The notes: generated by a model from the letters alone, not told the origin. DNA of 64,000 bases from Selaginella moellendorffii (GCF_000143415.4 NW_003314272.1:1496374-1560373); one strand, 5' to 3'. Shown: positions 39,201 to 50,340, counted from the first letter of the stretch. Numbers and translations are program-made.

Positions 39201-40405
39201 CCGCCATCATTATCTGGGTCACCACACTCCAACTGCATGCTCTGCAGCTTAGGCTATGTTATTCCCATTTCCATTGGGATTCCTTTGGCAAGGGGTTCTC
39301 ATGAACCCACCAACATAGCCTCAAGGTATCACACCTTGGCACATTTGGTGTCCCCACACCATCGGCTCCACGAGCCTACCTCTATGACATTTCCCCTTCG
39401 TGTCTAAGTCTTTGCCAAGACCAACACCGCTCTTTCTCATGCCAACCATCCGTTAGCACTGCACCATAGAGGTCACACACAACTTTATGTCAAAGTTGTT
39501 TTCTTCTAGGAACACCTTTTCCCATAACTTTAGCATGGCATATTTTGCCATCGATGAGATACCCTCTGTTCTCATCCTTGGATCCTATGATCCCCCCCCA
39601 TCCTTTGTGGGGTACAACACACCTCAGTCCAAATGCTTCCATCAGTCCTTTTAGGACCATCTGTTGACTCTACTTGAGTCATCCAGCAGTTTTGGACTTG
39701 GTTAATCCACAGACCCGTAAGGTCTTATTTGTGAGGCACTAGCTCACTGGAATACACTTCTTGCATTCCTGTCCTACTCAAAAGGACTATTTTCACAAGT
39801 GTTACTCCGGCACTTGATTTTGTTCTCTAGGGGCAACCTTTGCCCCTTAGGACTACTTGTCCATGTGATGAGAACACCAACTCATCCACTTAATACACCC
39901 CCAACTCCTGGGGTTGTTCCAGCATTTATTAGAGGTAGCCCCGGCTACCTTTTCAAGGACTTGAGTCCTCTTCCGTATTTGACCTCCCACGGTCATTACT
40001 TCTGGTCTCACATTCATGAGCACCAACCTCAACTATATGAGGAAAATCTTGTGACTCCTTTATTGCTTTGGAGTCTTTATCTTTCCCGTGATCCCAACTG
40101 TAGTTGTTTACCACAACTACATTAGCCAGTTTGCTAAGTCAAATGCTCATCTGGATCACATCCTCAACTCTTTGAGGAAAACCATATACTGTTCCCAAGA
40201 TCCCAAAGTCGTTCCATTATTGGCCCTTTTCTATCCACCACATTGTGCCCAAGTTCACGCATGAACTCGAGTGGAGAGCCATGTCCTCTCGACATGCTAC
40301 TCCTCAAGGATAGGCCCACTCCTAGGACCATCCGATGCCAACATCAATGGTGATATACTTGAGCACCAATAAAAGTCAGACTAAGGAACAGCTCCGATAC
40401 CAAGT

Positions 40406-42233
40406 TGTAGGCGACTAATTTTTCCATTCTACTTTAGTCACTTAACCACACCTCCGACCACTTGGAGGAGTCTCATTCACAACCTCCATCAGTCCAATTC
40501 AGGACTTGGGACTTGCTAGCCCCAAGAATGGCATCCATGCCACTCAACACTTGCACCTGGTCCAGGTGCTCCACGTGTCCGGTCCCAAGACCGACACCCA
40601 AAGGTGCCACTGACATCTCGGCCCGTTACGCTAAGGCCATGCCCATTCACCTTTGCTGCACTAGTGGTCCAATACCACTTGCATCACCATCCCGTCTCTC
40701 CAAGACTAGGCCATCTGTCCACGAGTGGTCATCCTAGATCCACACCTTAGCATCCTTAGGATGCCCACAGACCTGGGGAATCGCCTTCCCCAAAGTCCCT
40801 TTGTCAGTTCCTACCAAGTCCCTTTGTCAGTTCCTACCAAGTCCCTTTCTGCCCCTGGCCGTGTTTGCCAACACTGCCACTGGATCGAGGCCCACAGGCC
40901 CGACCACTAAGTCCCACGGTCCTCTGGGACTTCCTCACCACATGACTGTGTCCTTGGTCACCACCCCAGAGGACTGCTCCTCTTCCTTTCCACAGTCTGG
41001 GCCTTTGGGACAACATTTCGGAACACCGTGGCCTTACGCGAGCCACCTGGGTACTCTCCCCACCTATCGCCTTTAGGTGCTCTAGCCATGGGCTTAGAGC
41101 GAGGTTCCGTTGAGCCACGCCTGGTATCCAAATAGGTAGTGCCACCCACACTTGGACTGGGAGCATCGGCCAGTCGATCCCCCGGGGGAACTAGAGCCGG
41201 CTCTTGAACACTTCACCAAGCTACCCCGCTTGTCGGTCCATGTTCACCCTAGTCTTGGACTTCCCAGTGGTCAGCTCATCACCCAACACTGGGTCCGGCC
41301 TTCCTGGGCCAAACTGGCCTTTCCTGGCCAAACTGGCTCCACTGCAGTCCTCCCCCTACTATACTTTTGGAGCTCACCAAACCCCCCAGGGTCTGGGAGA
41401 CGAACGCTTTGGGCTTTCACCCTCTCAGGCTCCGGACTCGGACTCGGACTCGGACTCGGACTCGGATTCGGACTTGGACTCGGGCTCGGGCTCGGGCTCG
41501 GGCTCGGTCTCGGCCTCGGTCTCGGTCCCGATCTCGGTCTCGGTCTCAATCTCGGTCCCGGTCTCGGTCCCGATCTCGGTCTCGACTTCGGACTCCATCT
41601 CGGACTCCATCTCGGACTCCATCTCGGGTCCATCTCGGGTCCATCTCGGACTCCATCTCGGACTCCATCTTGGGTCCATCTCGGACTCCATCTCGGACTC
41701 CATCTTGGGTCCATCTCGGACTCCATCTCGGACTCCATCTCGGGTCCATCTCGGACTCCACTTCGGACTCCAACTCGGGTCCATCTCGGATCCACCTCGG
41801 ACTCCACTTCGGACTCCATCTCGGACTCCATTTCGGACTCCAACTCGGGTCCATCTCGGATCCACCTCGGACTCCACTTCGGACTCCATCTCGGACTCCA
41901 TTTCGGACTCCAACTCGGGTCCATCTCGAATCCACCTCGGACTCCACTTCGGACTCCATCTCGGACTCCATTTCGGACTCCAACTCGGGTCCATCTTGGA
42001 CACTCCCACGTGTCATGTGTTGGTCCTTTTGGGTCCCTTTTTGGAGCCTCGCCTTTTGTTCGCTTCGTGCTCGTTCCTCGAGCACTTCGTTGGGAGTTCC
42101 ACTCCCGCTCTTGACTTTTCAAGTCAGAGCTTTTGGTCCAAACGTGTTACGCTCGTTTGGCTCTCGCTTCAGCCACTACCACGTGGCACCCTTTCCGGCT
42201 CCACTTTGGGGCCTAGGGATTTTGTGTCTCACA
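40406..42233 (-). repeat. D LTR copy 3 (1828 bp), 5' end of the array
   Basis: Ends TCTCACA directly against the RNase H sequence of C (AQRKWPAHEKEL). Confidence 0.9.
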
Positions 42234-44119
42234 GCTCAACGGAAGTGGCCTGCCCACGAGAAGGAATTGTTTGCGGTGGTCAAGGCACTCAAGGAGTGGC
42301 GACACTACCTTGGGAGACACTTCAAGGTTTACACGGACAATGTGGCAACGAAACACTTCTTGTCACAGCCCGACCTGAGAGGGAAACAAGGTCGGTGGGC
42401 CAATGCCTTGGCTGAGTTTGATTGTGAGATTCTGTACAAGCCTGGGAAGAGCGACATCGTGGCGGATGCGCTAAGTCGAAAAGCGAGCTTGAGGTTGGCA
42501 ATATCCAGCGCAACAGCAACCTTCTGGGACGATGTGCGCACAGCATATGAGAACGATGGTCTAGCACAAGAAGTGTTGCTGAGGAATCTAGAGGCACAGG
42601 AAGCTCACCAGAGAGGTGAGCTGCCAACGGAAGAGAAAACGGCCTATGCAGAACGCAACGGACTCATCTATTACAAGCAAACGAGGGTGTATGTTCCAGA
42701 AGGGGAACTAAGGAAGGTAGCCTTAGAAAAGTGTCATGACGGACCTCTTGCGAGACACAGCGGAGTGCCCAAGACGATGGGCTTACTCAAGAGGAAGTAC
42801 CATTGGCCAGATATGGCTAAGGACGTCCAAGACTATGTAAAGACATGTCCAACATGTCAGCAGGTAAAAGCCGTGACTAAGGCTAGTGGGGGCTTGTTGC
42901 AAAGCATCGCAATTCCAGATCGTCTGTGGAAATGTCTTACGATGGACTTCATCACGGGACTCCCCCCAAGCGAGGGGTTTGATACGATATTCGTGGTGGT
43001 GGACCGATTTTCAAAAATGGCATATTTCATACCCACCACAATGGAGGTGGATGCGGAAGGTGTGGCGAAGCTATTCTTCGAACAAGTGGTTCGAGTGCGG
43101 GGAAGACCGGAAGAGATCATCTCAGATCGAGATAAGATCTTCACCAGTAGGTTCTAGAGGACTCTCCTGGAACAGTATCGCACCAAGTTGAAATTCAGCA
43201 CAGCCTATCACCCACAGACAGGTATGGGGTATTAAGTCAAGTTGTTGGCACTAACACTTCTTGACAGACGGACAAACGGAAAGGGTGAATAGGTAGCTGG
43301 AGGATTATTTGCGATGCTATATCTCGGGAGACTAGACCGATTGGGTAAGTCATTTGGGACTTGCGGAAATGTGTTATAACAACTCACCACATTCGAGTAT
43401 CGGGGTGAGTCCATGGGAAGTCATAAATGGGCGAGCTATTGAAGGTCCCGTGGAACTCGGCGTAGCCGAGTATCATGGAGAGTTACCCGTAGTGGAGGCA
43501 TTCACGGTGGAAAGACTCAACATTTGGAATCTAGTGAGGGATTCCTTGGAACGAGCTCAACAAAGGCAAACCAAGTACGCGAACCAGAAGTGTCGGGACG
43601 TAGAGTTCCAAGCTGGGGAGAAGGTGTGGCTGAACACCAAGAACCTCAGGCTACCAAGTGGGATCAGCCGGAAGTTGACCCAAAGGTAAAAATGCATGTA
43701 TTCCTGTAAATGAATTGATCTTGAGATCCTTAAGCAGGTTCGCTGGGCCTTACGAGATTGAGGCATGAATCGGTAAAGTGGCTTACCGACTCCGACTTCC
43801 TCGAGAGATGGGGAAGATGCACCCAGTGTTCCACGTGAACTTACTCAAGTCGTACTTTGAGGATCCGCTTCACAAGGACCAAGCAAGACCTTTACCTGAG
43901 GTTATCCAAGGGGAAGAGGAATACGAAGTTGAAGCCATCCTCAATGCGCGCAAGAGCAAGCGACAAGGACGCGAGGTGAGAGAGTTCCATGTGAAGTGGA
44001 AAGGATTCCCACACTGCGAAGCAACATGGGAACTGGAGGAGAACCTAGCGAACGCGCAAGATCTAGTGGAAGAATTTCTGCAAGGCAGAACTCTATGTAC
44101 TTATGCAAAGTTCAATTAA
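42234..44119 (+). pseudogene. Element C RNase H, integrase and chromodomain, with two introns (43222-43267, 43686-43737)
   Basis: HEKELFAVV; VADALSR; HDGPLARH; CPTC; MDFITGLP; IISDRD; spliced HPQTDGQTERVN and KLTQRFAGPY; YEVEAIL...VKWKGF...ATWE chromodomain; a few TAG/TGA lesions. Confidence 0.92.
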
Positions 44120-44205
44120 AAATATCAATTTGCAAAGTTGAGCAAGTGGCATATGTTGGGACCCGAAGGCGCACCGAAGGTAAGCTAATTAGCATGGGTT
44201 AGATA

Positions 44206-44465
44206 GGTCGACCAGGCGTAGGGCACTACACCCGACTCCCCGTGAGGATGTCAAATCCGTAGACGTATTCTATGGAGGTTGGGTTCGAGTCCTAACCCCC
44301 TAGTAAAGCAAGGCTGGGTTCAAGTCCCAACCCCATACTAGGGCGTGGTGAGGTGAGGGGTATAGGGACACCTATATTCCGTTGTCATGGGCTCTTGGCC
44401 GGGGAGGCTAACTTAGGCACACCGCTAAGTGGGGGGATGCCCCCGGAAACATGGTCAACAAGTCG
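44206..44465 (+). other. Conserved structured-RNA module in the 3' UTR of C (homologues in D at 31695-32114 and 37507-37926, minus strand)
   Basis: Series of hairpins with compensatory changes between C and D, including two GGG-TTCRAGT-CCY T-loop-like hairpins. Confidence 0.65.
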
Positions 44466-44522
44466 TAGGATAAAAAGAGACGTTCGATGTGGGCATCAAA
44501 CTTCTTTTATGGGTGGTGGAGT

Positions 44523-45686
44523 TGTAAGGAACCGACTCCCCGAGATGTTGTAGGCTAAAGGATCCCCGAAAGCTTGACCAAAATGACAAAGAGTTCATCG
44601 GATGGGACCGAGTCGAAGATCGAGTCCAAGACCGACTCTGAGACCAAGTTCGAGATAGAGTCCGGGATCGAGCCGAGCCCGAATCGGAGACCGAGATCGA
44701 GACCGAGTTTGAGACGGAGTCCGAGATCCAAATTGGGTCCAAGACCGAGTCCGAGGTCGAGTCCGAAGTCGAGTCCGAGATCGGGTCTGAGATCGAGTCC
44801 GAGATCGAGTTCGAGACCGAATCCGAAGTCGAGTCCGAGATCGAGTCCGAGATCGAGTCCGAGATCGATTCTGAGACTAAGTCCACATACTAATACAGCT
44901 CAAGGGGTGAAAGCCCAAAACGTGTGTCTCCCAGGGGGGGGGGGGGGGGGGCTGCAGGGGGTTCCAAAAGTATAGTAGGGATAGTGAGGTCCAGGAACCA
45001 GTCTTGAAGGAACTCTCCAGTGGTGCTTCCAAACTGACTTGAGGTTGAGACTGGGGCCGAGGGGCCTTGGGTGGGAGAGAGCATGGGCTTGAGTGGTGCC
45101 GAAGGGGCCACCCAGGGAAGTGCTCAAGAGCAGCTCCCACTCCCGAAAGGGAAACCGACTGCGGTGCTCCCCGCTCATGTGGAGTGGTGCCCCACTTGAG
45201 TACCTTGTGGCTCATTGGTCCTCGCCCTTCCTTGGGGCTTGGGCCTTCCCTTCGGGATGGAAGTGGGGGGGTAGAGGTACCCATACCGGGCCGTTAGGCC
45301 ACGGTGTTTCGCCCCGACGTCCCGAAGCAAGTGCTGCACCCAAGGCTTGGGATTTAGAGGGTCCCATGATCAAGTCTTGTGGTACCAAGGGGTGTTAGGA
45401 ATCTGGAGGCTTGGTGTGCTTGGCTGCTTGTGCCTGCAGGGAGTGTAGCTGAACCTTAAGTCCAGTCTAACCCGGGGAGGGGGATTAAGAGAGATTTGGG
45501 AATCCGTAGATGGATGACTAACACTCCATTGCTCATGCAGTGAGTAGCTGAAACCAAGTAGGACCAAGTAGGAGCTGGTACCATAGGCGGGAACCTTGGC
45601 GAGGGAACTTAGCACGAGCCAAGGCAGAGTTGGTCAGATAGACGAGGTAAGCTGGCAAATTAGAAAGGAAAAATTTGTGGCTTACA
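44523..45686 (+). repeat. 3' LTR of element C
   Basis: Direct repeat of 24588-25726; preceded by the PPT. Confidence 0.95.
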
Positions 45687-45943
45687 CTTGTGTAGTGGAA
45701 AGGACCGTATCGGGTGTTGCAGCAAGTTAGACCACAAGTTTATGAGGTTCACCATGACATCTAGCAAGCCAATCCTCTAGAGATTGTGCATGTACAGTGG
45801 TTGAAACGCTTCATACAAAGAGATCAGGAGCAGTTAATACCACCTACAGATCCGCCGATGCTTCCTCTTGACGTTCCTCCAGATTCCGGCCCGTCTACAA
45901 GAGAACCCTGATTGTCTTCTATTATTCTGAGAGGAGGGGATGA

Positions 45944-46119
45944 TGTGAGGGCCAAGTGTACAGCTATAATGCCGTATACTAATATTAGTGTAGTGGGATT
46001 TTTGTAACTGTTGGATTGGTTTCAATCCGGACCACTCGCTCCTGTATATAAGATAGAGTTTTTAGGCTAATTGATATGCACATTTTTTGTATTCCCTTTC
46101 CATATTCTAAGCACTCACA
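45944..46119 (+). repeat. 3' LTR of element A
   Basis: Direct repeat of 13106-13279; preceded by the PPT. Confidence 0.9.
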
Positions 46120-46213
46120 ATATATATTTTTAAATATGTTGTATGTAGCAATATTTAGTTTGCTTAATAATAGTATTATTCCTATTTGCTTTGTAGTAGT
46201 GGATATACTTAAA

Positions 46214-47093
46214 ACGGGAACATTGTACCGTAGCAGCGCTTTGCACTGGTGAATACCTACATCATTTATTCCTACATGTATGAGCAGCTTGCAGAGCAAG
46301 CATATGCAACGAACCTTTCACAACTTGTTTTATTACCCTATGGGATTTGTCATGGTAGCTCTAGAAGCCAAATTTGTTATAGTTGGATTCCACCAGGAGC
46401 AAGTAGAGTACAAACTTGTGTGGCTTACTGGTCCCGGCGTAGATATCATCAACCTATCAACAACAAGAATTTGTAAATGTAAGAAACAAATAGTACCTCA
46501 CCATAAGCAGCATAGCTCATGTGTAAGCAATGGAAAGCTCCTCAAAAACAAAGCCTCGAAGCACCTTGTATTCATGCGATGCACTCTACATAAAGAGCTC
46601 AAGGTCTTTCAGTTTCATCATTGTAAGAGCCAGAGTGAATTGAGCCTGGACTTCTACACTGCAAAAGTTGAGGTAGTAATCTAGGAACAAAGAACTCTTA
46701 GCCGGTTTAAAATGTAGAAGTGCCCAGGATATATCCTCCCCTCATGATTTGCCTTGCATGATTCTTAAGAGGCATAGGAGGTTGGTATTGTTTAACGATT
46801 TCCGGACTTTCTTCAAGAATCTTTTTTGGTTCAAAATCGGTAAGTAATCAGACCAGAGCAACAATTGTAGTGCTCTGAAGCAGCTTCCATATGCTGGAAG
46901 CCATCCTGCACCTATTTCTCGAGCATTTCGATGAGCACATGGAGTTTAAAAGCTAACTGTCTTGCTGGCCGTCCCTGCTCCTTGACATCTTCCTGTAGCA
47001 TTTGCTGTACGCATTCTTTCAGAATGGGAAGTTGAACCAAATCTGCACTAGCCAATGAAATTTGCACTATGGTGTCCCCAAACTTATACTTCA
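46214..47093 (-). pseudogene. Second copy of the unknown gene fragment at 6645-7288, extended upstream and ending at the Copia element
   Basis: Collinear nucleotide match 46214-46859 including the intron; coding-like frame KYKFGDTIVQISLASADLVQLPILKECVQQML continues to about 47093. Confidence 0.55.
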
Positions 47094-48083
47094 TGTTTGC
47101 CCAAATCTCAAGACTACGCAGGCTAGCCTGAAGAGTTTCTTGTTACATGACACACCTCGCCACGTAGACATTAGGGTTTTCCTATTCTGTCTGCTACCAT
47201 GGTGCGCTTTGATCCCGATTTGTCTCATGGTATCGGAGCTGGGATAGTGCTATGGAAGGAAAGCCATCCATCCGTGAGTTTGATGGAGAAGGGTTTGAGG
47301 GATTCAAGATCCATCTTGAATCCTATCTCTTGTTTCATAGTTTGTTGGGGATTGTAGATGGGACAGAGCCATCACCGGCTCTAGGCTCTAGCGCTGCTGA
47401 GGTGTGTGATTGGAACCTTCGGGATTCCAAGGCTAGAGGGAATCTTGCGATGTGCTTGTTCTCAAATGTTCTCTTTGCTGCCCCATTGATTCTAAAGTCC
47501 ACTGCGGCAGAGCTCTGGAAGTGGCTGAGCGACACCTATGGCACCAAGAGTGAAATGGATGTCTTCAACATCCATTCACAAATGGATTCCTTGAGGCTAG
47601 AGGAAAATGGCAGTATCCAGACTCACACTACCAAGCTCCAAGGCTTCTTCACACAACTTGCAGCTGCTAGGGCAAAGCACTGTCTCACGGACGAGCAGCA
47701 AAGGCTGCAGCTTTACATGTCCTTGCCAACTAGCTGGAAGAATGCAGTTGAGAGCCTACTTCTCCAACCAGAGATGACTTGGGCAAATGCCATGAGGAGT
47801 CTTCACAACATTAAGGCCATGCAAAGTGAGAGAGCTGAAATGCTGCAAGCTATGTATGCTTCGCAGGCTTCTGGTGATGCCAAGGTGGCAAAACCGCTTG
47901 CAGCTGCAAATGCCCAGAAAGGGCAAAATTCTGTGGTATCTGGGTGTGCTAAGCCCAAACTTGCTAAGAATCAATGTGCTTGCTGCTTGGAGATGGGCCA
48001 TTGGCTCGAGATTGCACTGCTCCCAAGCCTCTCAAGTGACTAGCTACGACGGCAAAACCTCAGCATCCTCATTTGCTAATAGT
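47094..48083 (+). mobile_element. 5' end of a Ty1/Copia element (short LTR, PBS, gag), cut by the assembly gap
   Basis: ...TCTCA then TGGTATCGGAGC at 47228; ORF 47252-48043 with FDGEGF, LLGIVDGTEPSP, TAAELWKWLSDTY, LYMSLPTSW and CACCLEMGHW (Copia-type gag). The LTR start is uncertain. Confidence 0.8.
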
Positions 48084-48183
48084 NNNNNNNNNNNNNNNNN
48101 NNNNNNNNNNNNNNNNNNNNNNNNNNNNNNNNNNNNNNNNNNNNNNNNNNNNNNNNNNNNNNNNNNNNNNNNNNNNNNNNNNN
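48084..48183. other. Assembly gap (100 N)
   Basis: Run of n characters. Confidence 1.
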
Positions 48184-48319
48184 CTTTTTTTTTTTGTTTT
48201 TTCATCTTCTTTAGTTAAAACTTTGGTGAGCTCAAACTCCATTTTGCTCTTTAAATCTAGCTTAGTCTCACATCTTGTTAAGAAAGTCTGGAACTCTTCT
48301 CTCTTCAATATTATAAATA

Positions 48320-48730
48320 GGGTGGTGCATTTCCTTCACAAAATCCTGGTAAAAGACATGCATCATACTGTATAGATTTGGAAGAGGAAAGTCAAGAAAT
48401 ATCTGTCTCAGTTTGGACCATCATCCTCTATGTGATCTTGATCTCAGGGCTGTTCCATTTGTAACTAGGCCTGGTGGATTGATCAAGGAGGGAGGCAAGC
48501 ACGAGCTCATCATTGGCGAGGATGATGAGCTGCTCAACACTAGCACCAAGAGCATTCTGTGTGGCCGAGGTACTCAGGCGAGAGAGTAGTTTTACTTATT
48601 GCTTTCTTCCAATCTTCTAACAAGGAAGCCAAGAACAAAGGATTTGATCTTGCTTCCAAGCCCGAAGAAGGAGGCACGCCAACGTGCTTGTTCTCTGGGG
48701 TGGGTGACAGCCACCTTCTGAGAGGTTCAT
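48320..48730 (+). pseudogene. Degenerate copy of the 3' half of the Rossmann-fold gene
   Basis: Collinear with about 3700-4240 (GATTTGGAAGAGGAAAG, GGAGGCAAGC, GAAGCCAAGAACAAAG) with many short deletions. Confidence 0.85.
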
Positions 48731-48818
48731 ATTCTTCTAAATCATCAGTGATTCCACTGCAACGAAGTAATGAAAGAATGATAAGTTTCAGTCAGGAACC
48801 TAATGATCTACGATGGTT

Positions 48819-50340
48819 GCTGGCTATAAATGCTGGCCATGATCGAGCAAGCTCCAGCCACGCGAATCAAACACCACCTTCCCGTCAGCTGCATCCTTCG
48901 CACGCCCCGAGCAAAGTCATCCAAGTCACAGCATCCGCCTCGCTAGGCATCGCCCTCGCCATCTCTAGCGCACCTCGTACATCATCGGCCCTCTCAAGAA
49001 CATCGACAATGCAGTGGTAGTGCTCTGATCCCATACTTGGTGCGCATTGCCGCGAAGAAGAGCTTGGCCTCCTCGAGCCTACCGGCATGGTTGCAAGCCG
49101 TGAGGATGGAGAGGAGCGTGGCTGAGCTCGGCTCTATCCCTCCAGCCTAGAGCTCGAGCACCCGAGTAGCGTCCTGCTGTAGCGGCCATCAGCGATGTCC
49201 AGGTGATAGTCGAGTTGCTTCCGGAGAAACTTGCTGGGCATCGGCAAGACACTTCGCGTAGAAATCCACGCTAGAACCGAGTCGGGCTTCTCGAGTAGAC
49301 CGAGCCGGCAAACTCTGGCGTGGAAAGCTTTGCCGGTGGAGAGAGCCACAACACCACCGCAGGCCTTGAATGCGCACGCAAAGCTCCGGGAGTTTGGCCG
49401 ACCGAGCTGGTTTCGCTGTAGCTCTAGCTCCATCTCTGGAAACAACTCTAGCACCAGCTCTGGATCCCCGTTCTGTACGTAGTCGAGCAGCAGCGCGTTC
49501 CAGAGAGCCAAGGACGTGCGCTGGAGCTTGTCAATCGCGTCGAAAACTCTATGGGCATCCACCATGTTTCCACAGTTGGCATAGACACCAGCGACGTCGC
49601 GACGAAGATGTTGGCGCCGTGGCTCCCTGCGTCAGCTTGAGTGTGTAGAGCCATTGCTTTCTAAACAGTAGCCTCGTCTAGATCTCGCCGCTAGAGCAGT
49701 GCAAGCTTTCAGTGCCGCGACGAAAGCTTGCGCGTTTGCCTTCTCTCGTTGCATGTCCTGGAAGAACTCTAGTGCTAGTTCTGGCTCGCCGTTCTCGGCA
49801 TAGCCGAGTACCAGAGACGTCTACGAGACGACGTCGTTGCGAGAAATCGCCTGGAACATCCTGTGCGCATCGGCCATACTCGCGAAGCTCGAGTACATGT
49901 CGATCAAGCTGCTTCCTACGAAAACGTTGGAGTCGCAGCCACTGTTCGAGCGTGAAGAGCCATCCCGGTCTCTAGAGCAAGAGTTATTTGCCGTGGAAGA
50001 CGAGTGGAAGCCTTCACTGCTGCTACAAAGGTGTGAGAATCTGGCAAAGCTTGCTCTTCCCGGAAGTTCTCAGCGTAGCTCTGGATCATCGCGTTCCAGG
50101 ACACCAAGTCCGGGTTCTCGAAGACGCTTCTAGCATCTAGCTCCATCAACTTTCCTGGATCCATTTCCACCGCATGGCATCCGGAAGAAATCCCCGGGCT
50201 CGCAGATTCCAGGCACTCCAAGGCCTCGCCATTTCCCACGAGCGCGTGGATTCCTGGACGATTTGAGAGCGGCGATCCATGATCTCACCTTGTGCCGTTG
50301 AGGATCTGCGGCAGCGGCGTGGACGAGCGCCAGAAATCTC
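48819..50340 (-). pseudogene. Degenerate copy of the PPR gene at 4353-6314
   Basis: Matching peptides (QRTSLALWNALLL, MELELQRNQLGRPNSRSF, ADAVTWMTLLGAC) in broken frames; about 1.5 kb versus about 2 kb. Confidence 0.92.

Larger units (their letters stand above)
27937..42233 (-). mobile_element. Element D: tandem array of a non-autonomous LTR element (LTR-internal-LTR-internal-LTR-partial internal), antisense to C
   Basis: Three LTRs (28659-30481, 34594-36293, 40406-42233), each followed on the minus strand by PBS TGGTATCGGAGC; two 4112-bp internal regions ending in PPT GGGTGGTGGAGT; no pol ORF recognised. Confidence 0.92.
24588..45686 (+). mobile_element. Element C: Ty3/Gypsy chromovirus inserted in the integrase tail of A
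   Basis: LTRs 24588-25726 and 44523-45686; PBS TGGTATCGGAGC at 25730 (tRNA-Met type); PPT GGGTGGTGGAGT; TSD CTTGC/CTTGT; C-terminal chromodomain. Confidence 0.95.
13106..46119 (+). mobile_element. Element A: old Ty3/Gypsy non-chromovirus retrotransposon with short LTRs; host of the nest
   Basis: LTRs 13106-13279 and 45944-46119 (TG...CA); PBS 13281-13297; PPT GAGAGGAGGGGA before 45944; ATAT on both flanks; gag-PR-RT-RH-IN order in broken frames. Confidence 0.9.

Noticed and set aside
41367-43157. 596-aa ORF joining repeat-derived sequence to RNase H and integrase
   Set aside because: Chance in-frame junction between the antisense D LTR and the pol of C at 42233/42234.
44097-44137. Possible third intron after the chromodomain (GTACTT...GCAAAG)
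   Set aside because: Weak splice signals, only 41 nt, and no conserved motif is restored, so it cannot be supported.
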